Below, piece after piece: positions 1 through 11,741 of a stretch of 40,675 nucleotides of DNA; positions within the stretch are counted from its first letter, which is position 1; each line of letters opens with the position of its first letter. Position numbers and translations under genes: made by a program. Source of the stretch: Vezdaea acicularis (Eukaryota); NCBI GenBank assembly GCA_026025075.1, contig JAPEUI010000132.1:1-40675 (forward strand), read 5' to 3'. The notes below the pieces were generated by a model. That model was not told the DNA's origin. It searched no databases and was given only the letters and a program-made list of their open reading frames with translations.

Positions 1-626
1 GAACCGTGAATGTTGGTGGGGTGTGGGAAAAGTCTTGGCGCAGATTTTAGCGTTGTCAGGTTCGTTGCCGAGCCGAGCAAACATTGGATGGCGTGCATCG
101 TAAATACCCGTGTTTGGCAGCTTCCTCGCAAGAAGTGCGTATGTACGGTATAAGCGTTCCTTGGTGGATGCTAAGAGAGATGGCTAAAAATAATTAGTCC
201 TATGTCTGGAAGGACCAGTCTAAAAATTTAGAGCTCTGGGCTTGGTGTTTGCGTTCCAGGTTATACCCTGCGAGCTTTTCAGAAGAAGCCCAGGTCACGG
301 AGGTTCTCACTTGGACCCTCATGATCAAGGCAGTTCGCAACTCACAACGCTATCCATATTGACTAGAACACTTGAGATTCCTGGTATGTGTCCCCTCGCG
401 AAAGCGGCCTCCGCTCACAAGTATGGCCTGTACTTTCCCATCGACCACCACGCGCCAACATCAAAATCGCAAAGTACGCCGAAGCCCTCCATTCCCAGAA
501 AACAAAAGCTGTACTAGCATCGCAATGCAACTATCGGAGAATCCGATAATAGCCGAAACCATTCTATGAAACGGGTATCCCAGAAGGTATATTCTTAGCG
601 AAGCTTGAAAGATGAGAGTCGCGCAT

Positions 627-3278
627 CTATCTACTCCGACAAGTCTTCTTGCAGCCCTTCTTGCACATTCTCCTTGTCTTCTTACTCGTCGTCTCTCTAT
701 TTAACTTCCTTTGGCGGGTTCGATCGTAGATGATTTGAGCATGTTTCACGGCTCTCGGCCAGATTTCTGTCAGCTTAACAGGATGTAGGCGGCCTTTCCA
801 GATCGTGCTAACATCCATGGTCGTAGCGGTCTTGAATAGCTGCACAGTGCTACGTGATAAGGCAACGGATGCATCACCTGCATGGCCAACAAGTTCTTTA
901 GAGATGCTCTTACTTCGGCTTAGAATGTCAGATCCAATCTGGTTCGTCTTGAGAGCAATGACGGCTTTTGTCTGAGCTTGCTTTTTCAAGGAGGCGTCTT
1001 TGATCTTCTTTCCAGCAATCTTAACCTGTTTAGAAGCAATTTCTAAAACTGGCTGTATTTCCTGTGTTATCTGGCCAAAAGCTCCCTGAATACCGATTTG
1101 GGCACTTCTCAAGTCTTTTGTTAGGTGCGTAGAGAGGAGCTGTGCCGCTTTCCTCCAACTCGCAATCTTTAACCACGGAGTTCCGAAGTCTAGCTCAAAG
1201 GTTTGTTCAATCATGGGCTTTGACTTAGTCCAAACGGAAACGTTCATTCGACCATAAGCATCTTCCCTCTCTAGCTTGAGTGCATAAACACCATCAAATA
1301 GCTTTGACAGTTGCACTTCCACCGGCTGTTGATTTCGTTCAACCTTCACAAAAAGCTTCGGGGCTCTTTTCAACGATGTAAAGCGATGAGGAGGCCTCAA
1401 AACCATATGACAATCACCAATGACATGCATCTCAAACTTGTCAGATTTGTTCGGGGTCGTAGCGGAAGGGTCGAGTAAGACATTAGCCAGATCGGTCTGA
1501 GGGCCGATTGCAAGCCCGTTTGGTGTTGCAGAGCTTGCGAGGCTTGAAACTGTTGCTTTGTAATTGGCCATATTCGAGGATACCGACGGGACGATGCCGT
1601 GAACATTAGTGGGTACGGCAAGGGCGGTAGTAGGAGCCATAACAATCTGTACTGCGTCCTGAGCAGGTTCAAAAACCCCAAAAGGGCTCATTCCGGTGAA
1701 ATATGCTAGTACTGTGATTGCGGTTCCTCCGAGTACAATCACTGCTAGTGATACGATCAATGTAAGGACTCTTGTACCTGGGCCAGTATTCTTCCGAAGC
1801 CCTTGAAAACTTTGCGAAAGACCAAGGAAATCGTAGGAGACCTTTTCAATATCTTCACCAAGAACCGCAGCTGCAGTTGCAACTGGTATCTGTCTTTCGG
1901 GACGGTTTCTTCCTTTGTCTGCGTAGAGTTTAGTGATACAGGCAAGATTACGGTTCATCTGCCTGGCGTCAATGTTGAGGAAGGTATGAAGGTCTATCGG
2001 CAGCCTTGTATGGATTTTATTCCCTGCAATATCGGCATGGCGTGACTCTAAACAGAGATGGATGCTTCCGCTGTTCCTCTCCAAGCATTGCCCGATCGCC
2101 CAGAAGTCAGATGGCTGTCTAATATACATGGGGCTCTGTGAGATGAAAATGGCTGGTACGTGGTGACGTGCCATGAAGGATGTAGTATAACGACGGGTTT
2201 GTCGAGTCGCGATTGAATCGTTATCTGAGCAATAGAAAATGGCTACATCTGGTAAGGAGTACCTCTCTGCTGGCTCCAGGTAGGCACCATTGTGCCCTCT
2301 TCTTGAATGATACCATAGACTGTCATTGACGAGGATCGCTACAGTATCATTCTGACCGTTGGTTCTTGTCGTTTTAGCGGTCGTGCATTCATCAACAATG
2401 AGCTCAATACCAAATGAATCAATCAGCTCGACTCTTGGAGAACCTCTTGACCCGAATTCCGAGATAGGTACGACGCTGAACCTAGAGGACTTTTGGTGTA
2501 CTCTTTGTTGGTCCATCCCGACAAGGGGGACAGCAAGCGCTTCTCCAAATTTCGAGACGATGGCATCTTTCGCCACTGTATCTCCAATATAAAGCACACG
2601 GAAAGATCCGTCAACGGCAAGCCCTTGCTTCGTCATCGTCTGCCTGACTGTGGCAGCGAAACGCTGAGGATGCGGTTCTTTGATAGCCAGATTCCGAATG
2701 ATCATGGAAGTCTCACGATCGTCAAAGCTCCTGATAGTGTGTATGGCGGTGATCTCTCCATCACCAAAACTTGGTGGTTCCTGGAACTCTATGGAAGCAG
2801 CCACAGCATCCTCTTCATCCGCGACAGCAACTCCGTTATCAATACTATTGTTCAGAGTTGGGGGACTCTCTTCATCATCCAGTCCACCATATGCCGGGAT
2901 TCCATGCGACTCATCGTGACTGCTCGTAGAAGCTGCCTCGCCGCTCTCCTCTGTATCAGCAAGACTCACGACGTCGTCGCGACCATGTCCATCAAAGGAG
3001 GCAATAGAGCTGACGGTCTCATCATTTTCGTCTTCATCAGAGTCAGAGTTTGCAGAACGCCCAAGTATGTCGTAACTGCTTTCGCCAAGAGGTATCGTCT
3101 TCTGGCATGAGAGTCCCGGCTTCTCATTCTGCTGTACTGAAGTTGATAACGAAGACATATCGGGGATGGTCGTAGCTCTAAGACAACGACCAATGTATGG
3201 GTCAAGGCAGAGGGTTGGAAACTGTAGCTCGGCCGAAGAGGTGCCGTAAGGCGGATCTTCGAAGACTGTTGAGCTCAT
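627..3278 (-). CDS. Uncharacterised ~883-aa protein with an acidic N-terminal region, a central globular region, one predicted TM helix and a basic C-terminal tail
   Basis: Uninterrupted 894-codon ORF; first ATG at 3278 (MSSTVFEDPPYG). Hydrophobic stretch VLTLIVSLAVIVLGGTAITVLAYF, then a Ser/Thr/Ala-rich linker and FELDFGTPWLK. The 5' end is uncertain (see findings). Confidence 0.8.
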   Translation of the reverse strand: MSSTVFEDPPYGTSSAELQFPTLCLDPYIGRCLRATTIPDMSSLSTSVQQNEKPGLSCQKTIPLGESSYDILGRSANSDSDEDENDETVSSIASFDGHGRDDVVSLADTEESGEAASTSSHDESHGIPAYGGLDDEESPPTLNNSIDNGVAVADEEDAVAASIEFQEPPSFGDGEITAIHTIRSFDDRETSMIIRNLAIKEPHPQRFAATVRQTMTKQGLAVDGSFRVLYIGDTVAKDAIVSKFGEALAVPLVGMDQQRVHQKSSRFSVVPISEFGSRGSPRVELIDSFGIELIVDECTTAKTTRTNGQNDTVAILVNDSLWYHSRRGHNGAYLEPAERYSLPDVAIFYCSDNDSIATRQTRRYTTSFMARHHVPAIFISQSPMYIRQPSDFWAIGQCLERNSGSIHLCLESRHADIAGNKIHTRLPIDLHTFLNIDARQMNRNLACITKLYADKGRNRPERQIPVATAAAVLGEDIEKVSYDFLGLSQSFQGLRKNTGPGTRVLTLIVSLAVIVLGGTAITVLAYFTGMSPFGVFEPAQDAVQIVMAPTTALAVPTNVHGIVPSVSSNMANYKATVSSLASSATPNGLAIGPQTDLANVLLDPSATTPNKSDKFEMHVIGDCHMVLRPPHRFTSLKRAPKLFVKVERNQQPVEVQLSKLFDGVYALKLEREDAYGRMNVSVWTKSKPMIEQTFELDFGTPWLKIASWRKAAQLLSTHLTKDLRSAQIGIQGAFGQITQEIQPVLEIASKQVKIAGKKIKDASLKKQAQTKAVIALKTNQIGSDILSRSKSISKELVGHAGDASVALSRSTVQLFKTATTMDVSTIWKGRLHPVKLTEIWPRAVKHAQIIYDRTRQRKLNRETTSKKTRRMCKKGCKKTCRSR

Positions 3279-4470
3279 AGAGTCAGTCGAAAGTGACGTG
3301 GATAGTAGCACAGTAAAGACAATGTGATGCCCCCAAAGTCAAGGCACGCTGTAAGAGAATGGAGAAAGGTACCTGCAAGTAAGAACTTCAAAGGATTTGC
3401 TAGGTGGAGAACTGTATCGTCGTTGAACGCTGTGGGCTTTCGCAGTCCGTGGTCGGGCGGAGTACTGGTAGCCTAGTGGGTTCGAGAGTAAAGCGCGCTC
3501 ACGGACCTTGACAGACCAACACCCAAATGGCGTCAAGCGGAGGACGAAGCAAGAGAGCTTCAGACAGTGAAATGAGAGTCGTAGAGTTTAACGTTGATGC
3601 CCAGCTACTAATGAAAGGCACAGAAGATGGTCTGACAACCTGGCAAGATGCTCGCTGTCGCCTGGTCGGAAGAGAGGGGTGACTCGCTCGCCAATCCCAG
3701 CAATGAAACCCCGCAACTAGCGCCCAACCTCTTACAGCGTAGACACCAGGCCTTTGTACTTTAGGACACTGGGCGCCTTACTACCTATGCTTAGTGTACC
3801 TAATGTTGAAAACATAATGGAGGATAGTCTCGAAATCGCTAGGAATCGTCACATTGTAAAATACAGAACGCAGGCGGCCAAGAACAATGGGTCCCCACTT
3901 TGCGGGGCAAGACCTGCATACAATATTACTCGACAGTAAGGGGTGACAAACCCACAGAATCTCACAGCATTCCAACCGAACAGAAAAGCCTTTTGGGATA
4001 GGTTGTATTGTCTTATTTATATAGCGTACAATTGTATGATAAGTTTTCTAAAATGCTGCTGCTTGCTCCATGTACGTCCACCTCAACCCATTACATGTTC
4101 GTCGATCGATCAAAATGAACAAACGGCACCTATAATCCACGGGGAGCCTTATAGCCTTGTATCGTTCCCTTCGTTGCCGGGACTATCTAGATAACCGATA
4201 CGTTCAAAGCAAAAGCACCTTTCTAGAATCAAGAGTGATTCATATTACGGGAACGGACTATGACCAGACCGGCCTAGGAAATGCGGCATTCGTTAATCCC
4301 ACCCGAACTCCGATATGCTATCCGAACGATGAAGTGCACCCAAGGAGGCACTCTTGGCACTAGCTCCTAATAAGCACAAGATGAGCAAAACAATCGCTGC
4401 AAGTCTCGACCAAATCCCTAGAACCGTAGGGAGTAGGAGACGTAAACAAGGAAATTCTTCCCAACCGATT

Positions 4471-6225
4471 CTATGGTGAGGCCCAGCCGCCTGCGACGTT
4501 TACCCACTCAGATAGGCAGCTTCCCTGCTTGCCTTCTACGTCGACAATGTCTGTATCGCACTTGCATCGACATCCAACACCATTTTCCTTCACCGAGTCA
4601 GCAACCTGCCAATACTCGTCCTCTTCCCTTCTCTTCTTTTCATCTTCAGTCGTCATCTCTAAAAACGGCTCTCGTGGAAGCTGTCGAGCAGGGGCGTTCG
4701 CAGGGCAATGTTGAATGGTCGTATGCCGATAACCAAAATCCCGGAAATAATGGATGTCTTTCGGTGATAGGAGTGCTCCTGCTGCGAGAGAGTGAATCGG
4801 TGCGTCGCCCCACTGTAGAAATGTGTTAGCTCCTGAGGATAACGCATTGGGGTCTAGAGGATCCGTTGCTCACTCGTTCCATCCAAAAACCCCCACTCCT
4901 GTCCATCATCTGAAAGAAGTCTTCGTACTCCTTGCTGCGGAACCAGTCAAGCCTTGCTATTTCGAAGTTGCTCCAGAAATGACACATATTGTACGTTTCA
5001 CCTTCCATGGATTCTGGGTCGATCTCAGGTAGACGTCCTCGGCCTGGCTCTGACGCCAATATCTCTTCTGGCATATCCTTCAGCTTCGGGTTGTCGGTAG
5101 GAGCTGGTTTTGTGTCTTCGGGGGGCTGTTCGATGAACATCTCCCACAACCCTTTCGACGTCAAGTTGTTTTTACGCTTGTATGCAGATGCATAGCGGAA
5201 GATATTTGGAACGGTCTCTTTCAATTCTTTCACGGCAATTGTGAATCCATATGTCTTATTGGCTCTTGCCATATGAATGAAAGGGTCGCTAAAGCTATGT
5301 AAGCAGTGCAGCCAGCAGGTACTTCCTATACGGCTTACTAGGTAATATCACAAAAGTACTTGATCTCTGGCTCCAATCTCCAATACCACTCGTACTTCTG
5401 GAGCAATTCATGTTTATAGAAGAAGCTGAAATTCTGGTCAGTATAATTATGTATTGAATAGAAAAAACTTGTATGACATACCCAGAGTAGAACCTACACA
5501 TATGATGGTAACTCTCCATACCACCATACATAATGGCCGCGTCTCCTTGCTTCTTTATACCCTCTTTAGCTACATTATGGTCGACCCAATCCGGATAGCC
5601 CCACATGCTTCCGTTGATCCGCCCATATTCAACAGGCGCACTTGTGTAATTTTGTATCGTTTCTTTAAAAGTTGAGTTGAAATCACCATCGTTGAGGAAG
5701 ACGTATGGATAATGAAACCAGCGGTTAAAATGCCGTTCAATAGACTTGACGGACTGTATCACGCCTTCAAGTTCTTTGTTTCGTGCGAGGACGACGAACG
5801 CAGCGTTTGCCCGTGGGGGGGGGGTCTTTGGGGGCACTAAGCATCCCGTCACAAACACTTTGTCATGCTCCTCACTGATCCTCCTGTTCACCCAATAATG
5901 TTAGTGATGTCACAGGATTTATTAGTGGCGGATCAGCTTCAATTGCATACCTTATCGAGGGTGGTGCGCCCGCGGGTAGTAATATCCTTGCGGGTGATGA
6001 GGGATGGCGTACGAAGAGGATGAATATTAAGATAATGACTATGCAAGGGAAAAGGAGGACAACACCCAGCGGAATAGAGATGGATGAATTTCCTTTTAGT
6101 CGTATCCTCCGTCTTAGCACGGACAGTCTCGGCGCTAACCTCTCTTTTTGCCGTGATAAGTCATCTAAAGTAGGAAGGTTTGGCGAAGAAGGTATACGCT
6201 TGACGATATTATGAACGAGCCCCAT
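4471..6225 (-). CDS. Glycosyltransferase family 15 alpha-1,2-mannosyltransferase (KRE2/MNT1/KTR family, KTR5/KTR7-like), ~506 aa, 5 exons
   Basis: Exons 6225-5951, 5883-5482, 5425-5339, 5288-4874, 4812-4471 join in frame across GT..AG introns. Type II membrane anchor plus family motifs NAAFVVLARN, YPYVFLND, ESYHHMCRFYSGFF, YWRLEP, YNMCHFWSNFEIA, GGFWMERWGDAPIHSLA. Confidence 0.95.
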
Positions 6226-7266
6226 TGATGCGGTTTGACGCTTTGCGGAACGTCAGCAGTACCAGGAGGATTGAACAATTTCCGCGACGGGATTGGTGAG
6301 TTGTGATTGCCCTCGAAGTACCGTACTCGTAACGAGCGACTGGAGGAAAAACTCCTGAGGAAAAAGCGCTCGGTGGATCGTCAGTGTCCGCGATGCCCCA
6401 GCCCAACACTTCCGTTTGAGCAGGCGACTGTTATATTATCGCATCCGGAGAACCCAAAGGCAGCTTCCAAAGTCTGCTATCAATAGGAGTTTGGTGGTCG
6501 TTGTTGAGGCGATATGAGGAGGTTGGAGAATCGCGGCAAGAGTTCGTTTTGCGTAGATTAAGACTCAGGGATTCGGAAGCGAGCCGGACGGCACTGCCCG
6601 CCAAGACAGCGGATGAAGAGAGCAAGTGAAGCTGCAGATGGCGAGGAGCGCTAAGGAGGTATTGCACCCGTTTTGCGGACTTCAGCTGAGCGTGATAGGG
6701 TAGACGTACGCCAGATTTTTGAGCCAGAGACCTTGTGTTGTTGACCCTTTACACTCTCTGCCTGAGCTAGCGAAGCCTCCTATTCAGCGTCGTCTTAAGG
6801 AGACGTTGCGCTCGATTGAAAGAGGCGATAAGATTCTCCGTTCACGGGATGCCAAGGCGCTACAGCACTCCCAACTCCGCTTATCAAAATTTTGTCTCGG
6901 GCGACTCGCTATTTTTGCCGCACTAAGGCACTCGTTGGTCAAGGATGCGAGTACTCCATTTTGATACTGCAGTCCACGAGAATAGTAAACCTAAGAATGG
7001 TTTTTACCGATATTGATTTTGAATAACGCAAAGCGCTCATCAATGCTTTAGCCACCATTAAAAGGTGTCAAGCCGAGGTTCTTCCTGGCATAACTGTTTC
7101 CTATAAGCTGGCCAGTTCTTGGCCTCCTGCAAGCGCAAGCTTGATCGAGCTCTATAATTCTCCACGAGCCCCGGCGCTTCTTTCACAAATGGGCTTGATA
7201 GGTCCGCTACATTGGACAAGCTATATGAATCGATGAAATGAGTCATATGTGACATCTGCCGATAGA

Positions 7267-7890
7267 ATGACTTTTAATGCCAAAAATCTCAGCTATGGTC
7301 CGTTTCCCATTTCCTTGTCTTTTATACCAAAAAACTTACTCATTCATATAGAGTTGAAAGAGCCATCGTTTCTGCGCAAACTCAAATCTCAATATGGTGG
7401 GCAAGATGGTCAGCGACATGAAAGGCCTACAGCTCGGCCAAAAAGAGCCAGAGAAGACGAAGATGACGCTCCGACATATGTTGACGAAGAAAGCAGGGAT
7501 ACAATCAGCAAGGAGGACTACGAAGCAATGATAGGAGTTACAGTTCCCAAAGAAGATTCAAAAGCTACTAGCGCTAAAAGGGAAAATAGAAACATTGTAG
7601 CGCGTGAAGGAGATAATGGTATTGAAGAGGGTTCTGGAGACCTGGACTTCCATTTGAACAAAGCCGAAAAGCCAAACCCTGACTCAGCAGTACTGGTCAA
7701 GAAAGAAACAAGTGGCTTGAGTGAGGCAATTGCTGATGTAGGGGCGCGGAAGAAGAAGAAGGCCATCAGAGTTATTGGAGAGTCGGAGGTGGATACTGCG
7801 AGGAAGATAGAGCTAATCAGGCGTCGTGATGAGCCTAAGAAGAGAGGAAAGAAGGTGAAATTATCCTTCGATGATCAAGAAGGGGTCTAG
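7267..7890 (+). CDS. Small charged conserved eukaryotic protein (DUF4604-like), ~189 aa, 2 exons
   Basis: MTFNAKNLSY|ELKEPSFLRKLKSQYGG after removing intron 7298-7351 (GTCCGT..ATAG). DEDDAPTYVDE motif and C-terminal KKVKLSFDD match my recollection of this family. Confidence 0.8.
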   Translation: MTFNAKNLSYGPFPISLSFIPKNLLIHIELKEPSFLRKLKSQYGGQDGQRHERPTARPKRAREDEDDAPTYVDEESRDTISKEDYEAMIGVTVPKEDSKATSAKRENRNIVAREGDNGIEEGSGDLDFHLNKAEKPNPDSAVLVKKETSGLSEAIADVGARKKKKAIRVIGESEVDTARKIELIRRRDEPKKRGKKVKLSFDDQEGV

Positions 7891-8244
7891 GCTAGGGTAA
7901 TAATAACCTAATAGACAACTAAAGAAGACGCTGCTGGCAAATAGTGACAATCCTGTGAGATCCAGCCTAATTTTTGCGTGCTCAAGAATCGATCACCAAG
8001 CCTCCTCGGGTTAAAATTGTAAAGGTTAAGTCTCAATATTATTTTTGTACATAGATTCTAAGTAGAGAGAAAGTAGAAGGTGGTTCTTCAAATCCAAGCT
8101 TCTGTTATTCCTCAGAACATAAGAGGGATACCTTGGTGAGGCTCTTCGATAAAGGGAAATTCGAGACGAGAGCCGAGCAGGGGAAACATTTCGAACCAGA
8201 CCCTCGCACCACCACGCGTAGTTGATACCTGTCAAGTCTTGAGA

Positions 8245-9891
8245 ATGCTTTGCGCAAGTAAGCCTCTATGCTCCTGAGCGCGCCTGAATGCTTTCGACTA
8301 ACCGTACAAGTATCTGGAGAGGCGCCACAAATACCTGTAGCTTCACGCAAAAGTGGTAAGTATTCGTAGGCGCATGATTTTTCAATTGAAGCTGAAGGAC
8401 CACTAGGCAACGTTTTTGAGAAGAGATTGATCGAAGCATATATCTCAGAGCATGGGAAAGATCCTGTTAACGGCGAAGAGCTCACCACCGATGATCTCGT
8501 CGACCTCAAATCTGCTAGAGTAGTTAAACCTCGGCCGCCAGCCCTCACGTCTATTCCGTCTCTTCTCGCTACTTTCCAGAATGAGTGGGATGCGCTCGCA
8601 CTAGAAACTTATAGTTTGAAGCAACAACTAGCGCAAACTCGACAAGAGCTAAGTACAGCGCTTTATCAGCACGATGCTGCAGTGAGAGTTATTGCGAGAC
8701 TTACGCGAGAGCGTGACGAGGCCAGAGACGCGTTATCAAAGATATCTATCAGCGCCGGAGGAGCGGTTAGTAATGGGGACCAGATGCAGGTCGACGGTCA
8801 AGGGTTACCGGAAGCTCTCGCAGCTAAAGTTGATTCGACTCAAGAGAAGTATGCAACAATATGCCTACCCAATATGGCCAACTCTACGTTCGTACTAACT
8901 TAATTCTACAGGTTATCTAAGTCACGCCGGAAACGGGCAATACCAGAAGACTGGGCTACCTCAGAGTCCATCGAATCGTTCAGCACGACTATAACTTCTA
9001 CGCCTCTATTTCCAGGCGGACGGTCAATTACTGTTGACCCCTCTGGTGACCTTGTTCTTGTGGGTGGTGCCAATGGCAATGCTGGCGTTTTCTCTCTCTC
9101 CCAGAATGCTCTGCTTCAAACCTTTAGCGGTGACGGAGCATCTATCACAGACGGCCTATGGGCAGGGGGCCGGGCTATTGTTGCGACTGCAAGCGGAACG
9201 GTCAAAGTGTTTGAGAACGCATCAGAAAAATTCACATTCAAATCTCATGCTGGAGCTGCTACCGGACTTGCATTACATCCAAGTGGAGATATACTGGCTT
9301 CTGTGGGTATGGATAAGAGCATTGTTTATTACGATTTAGTGGCTGGTCAGCCTGTTACACAGGTTTTCACAGATGCCGGTAAGTCTCTTTAAATGCTTCG
9401 AAGAGCCTGCTCCGCTAACGTTTTTAGCTTTGACAACTGCTGCTTTCCATCCTGATGGTCATTTGTTTGCTGCGGGTGGTACAGACGGACAAATCAAAGT
9501 ATTCGAGGTTAAGACTGGAAACAATGCCGCAAATTTCGAGATGGGAGGCGTGGTCCAGGATCTATCTTTCTCGGAAAACGGAACATGGCTTGCAGCTGCC
9601 ACCAAGGGCCAGACCAGCGTCTCCATATGGGATTTGCGAAAAGCTACTCGAACTAAGGTTTTAGAAACTGGTAGCGAAGTTACGAGCATTCGATGGGATT
9701 ACAGTGCACAATTTCTGGCAGCAGCTGGTCCGGGCGGTATCACAGTCCAACAGTATTCCAAGTCCACCAAGCAATGGTCGCAACCACTCAGAAGCGCAGT
9801 GCCATCTCTTGCGGTGGATTGGGGCTCTCGAGGTGGCACAATAGTATCAGTGAGTGGAGACGGGGTTGTGCACGTCTTTGGGACGGAGTGA
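8245..9891 (+). CDS. PRP19: Pre-mRNA-processing factor 19 (U-box E3 ligase, coiled coil, WD40), ~476 aa, 5 exons
   Basis: Exons 8245-8257, 8311-8355, 8407-8848, 8912-9378, 9428-9891. U-box [40 protein letters not shown]; Prp19 domain TSIPSLLATFQNEWDALALE..RQELSTALYQHDAAVRVIARL; WD40 repeats. Confidence 0.97.
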
Positions 9892-10784
9892 CTGTGCCAA
9901 AAGTTAGATTCTTCCATTTGCGAGTTGTCAAAATCTGTATTATACATTTGAGAAAGGGAATAATGCCCAGAAAATGCTATGTACCGTTAAGCCTCGATGT
10001 TTGCGCGTTTGCTCCCTTTGGCGCTGTCTCACAGGCTATAACTCCAAAAAGAACCCATCCTGAGGTCTTTCAAATTTGGACAAAGAAATACATAAAAGCC
10101 TGGCAAATATTCCACCGTGTTCTAGTCAAGAAGCTTGTGATTTCGAGTTCTCCTCTACCATTAACCAAAGCGTGATCGTCACATCTTGCTTCCAAATCAT
10201 ACATTTAAGATTCGCTTGTCATGCACGAGAAGTCCTGTTCAGCTTTAGTGCGTGAGCGAGCCGAATCCTTTACTAAAGTCCGAGGTCGTCACCCAAGGAC
10301 AACATCGGGGAATCCACCCGCACCCACGCCACCTTCATCACCACCCCAACATTACTCCCGCCGAATTCCTTGGAGGTCATTTGGGTTCAGATATCATTGA
10401 CACTTCTGTTCAGGGTTTTTGGATCCGGGAAATCTCCGAGCTAAGGCATGGAAAAGGGTAGGCCAAGTCCAGGCGCGCGGCATGATAACAAAGTCAGTCA
10501 GATCTCCCTCCTGAAAGGCTACTACTCGATAGAATATATCGTAGCTAATACTGTCACTGTTCTTTGTGTAATAGAGGTTACATTTTCAAATATCACGCGG
10601 GTCATCCATTGATAGTCATTTCACACCACAACCGGCCACACCATCGTCAAGACAACTACATCTTCCTTCCGATTCCAGCGCCACCCCTGACCTATCCACG
10701 ACCCCCACCTCCGCACGCCCTACTTCTGCGCCCTCTCCTCCTCGTCCCCTCCAGCAAAGTACTGCACCTTCAACACCTAACGAA

Positions 10785-11741
10785 ATGGCTTCTGCATCTT
10801 CACGCATTCCCTCCGTCGTCGATCTAACAAATCTACCTGATCCAACACAAATACCTACTCAACGTTCACGAGCCGGCACGTCACAAAATCGACCGTCTTT
10901 TCCCTTAAACAGGGAGGTCATAGACGTTGATGCTTTGCCTGATCGACCGTCACAGCCTTTACTCAACGATCCCGGAAGCCCAGAGCTTATCATCACCGGA
11001 AGTCGACCAGCGCCGCCACGGCTTGGTGATAGGCAACCCGTTGAGCCTCAGTACATGTACAGGCCTAACAACGGACCGAACGCTCATGGAAGAAGAGGTT
11101 CAATACTGAACCGCGCCCATTCTCAAGAAGCTCTGAGGCGACTATCCGTAATTCATGACTTTCAACGTGGTTACCGTAGAGAAATCGGCGAACCAATGCG
11201 ACAGAATGGAGATCTTGACATTGCGGAGATGGGGCGGTACCTGGAACAGGTCCATCCAAGGAGGTACCTGCCAGCGGTCGAAGCCATCGCCCATGTTTTT
11301 GCTCGGCCAGATATGGACTACCAAAGGCCTGGGTTTGAGCTCTTTGCAATGGATGATGAACCGGCCGCGCCTCCTCCACCTCGACCAACATACTCTGCCC
11401 CAAAGCCTCCTCCGGAAGGGTTCACTCGCTCTCCTACGGAAACGGACGTGATAATATGTCCCAACTGTGAGATGGAACTCACCGTGGGGGATAAGAATCA
11501 GGTGTCTGTCTATGTTGTCAAAGCGTGCGGGCATGTAAGTGGTGTTCGAGAAATCTGGACCAATATCATCTCATGCTAACTTTCCGCCTAGGTATACTGT
11601 GGAGAGTGCGCCAAGAATAGATTCGTGACCAACCGAAGAAAAAACCTAATCACGAAATCAAAGCCTTTCAAGCAGTGCGTGGTGGATACTTGCAAGTCGA
11701 AGGTAGCAAATCAGAAGTCGATGATCCCAATATATCTGTAG
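10785..11741 (+). CDS. SIM-containing RING-finger protein, Slx5/Rfp1-like SUMO-targeted ubiquitin ligase subunit, ~299 aa, 2 exons
   Basis: Exons 10785-11534 and 11592-11741 (intron GTAAGT..GCTAAC..CTAG). C-terminal CPNC..CGH|VYCGEC..CVVDTC. N-terminal SIM-like motifs VVDLT, EVIDVD, ELIITG. The CDS is solid; the STUbL role is inferred from domain architecture. Confidence 0.8.

Noticed and set aside
1..626. Short ORFs 242-517 and 372-569
   Set aside because: Non-ATG starts and no recognisable motif; consistent with the 3'UTR or intergenic DNA of the first gene.
2493..3110. 205-aa plus-strand ORF, and similar antisense ORFs over PRP19, AACS, LCB2, TPI1 and DNF3
   Set aside because: Antisense shadows of real coding sequence with no protein-like motifs.
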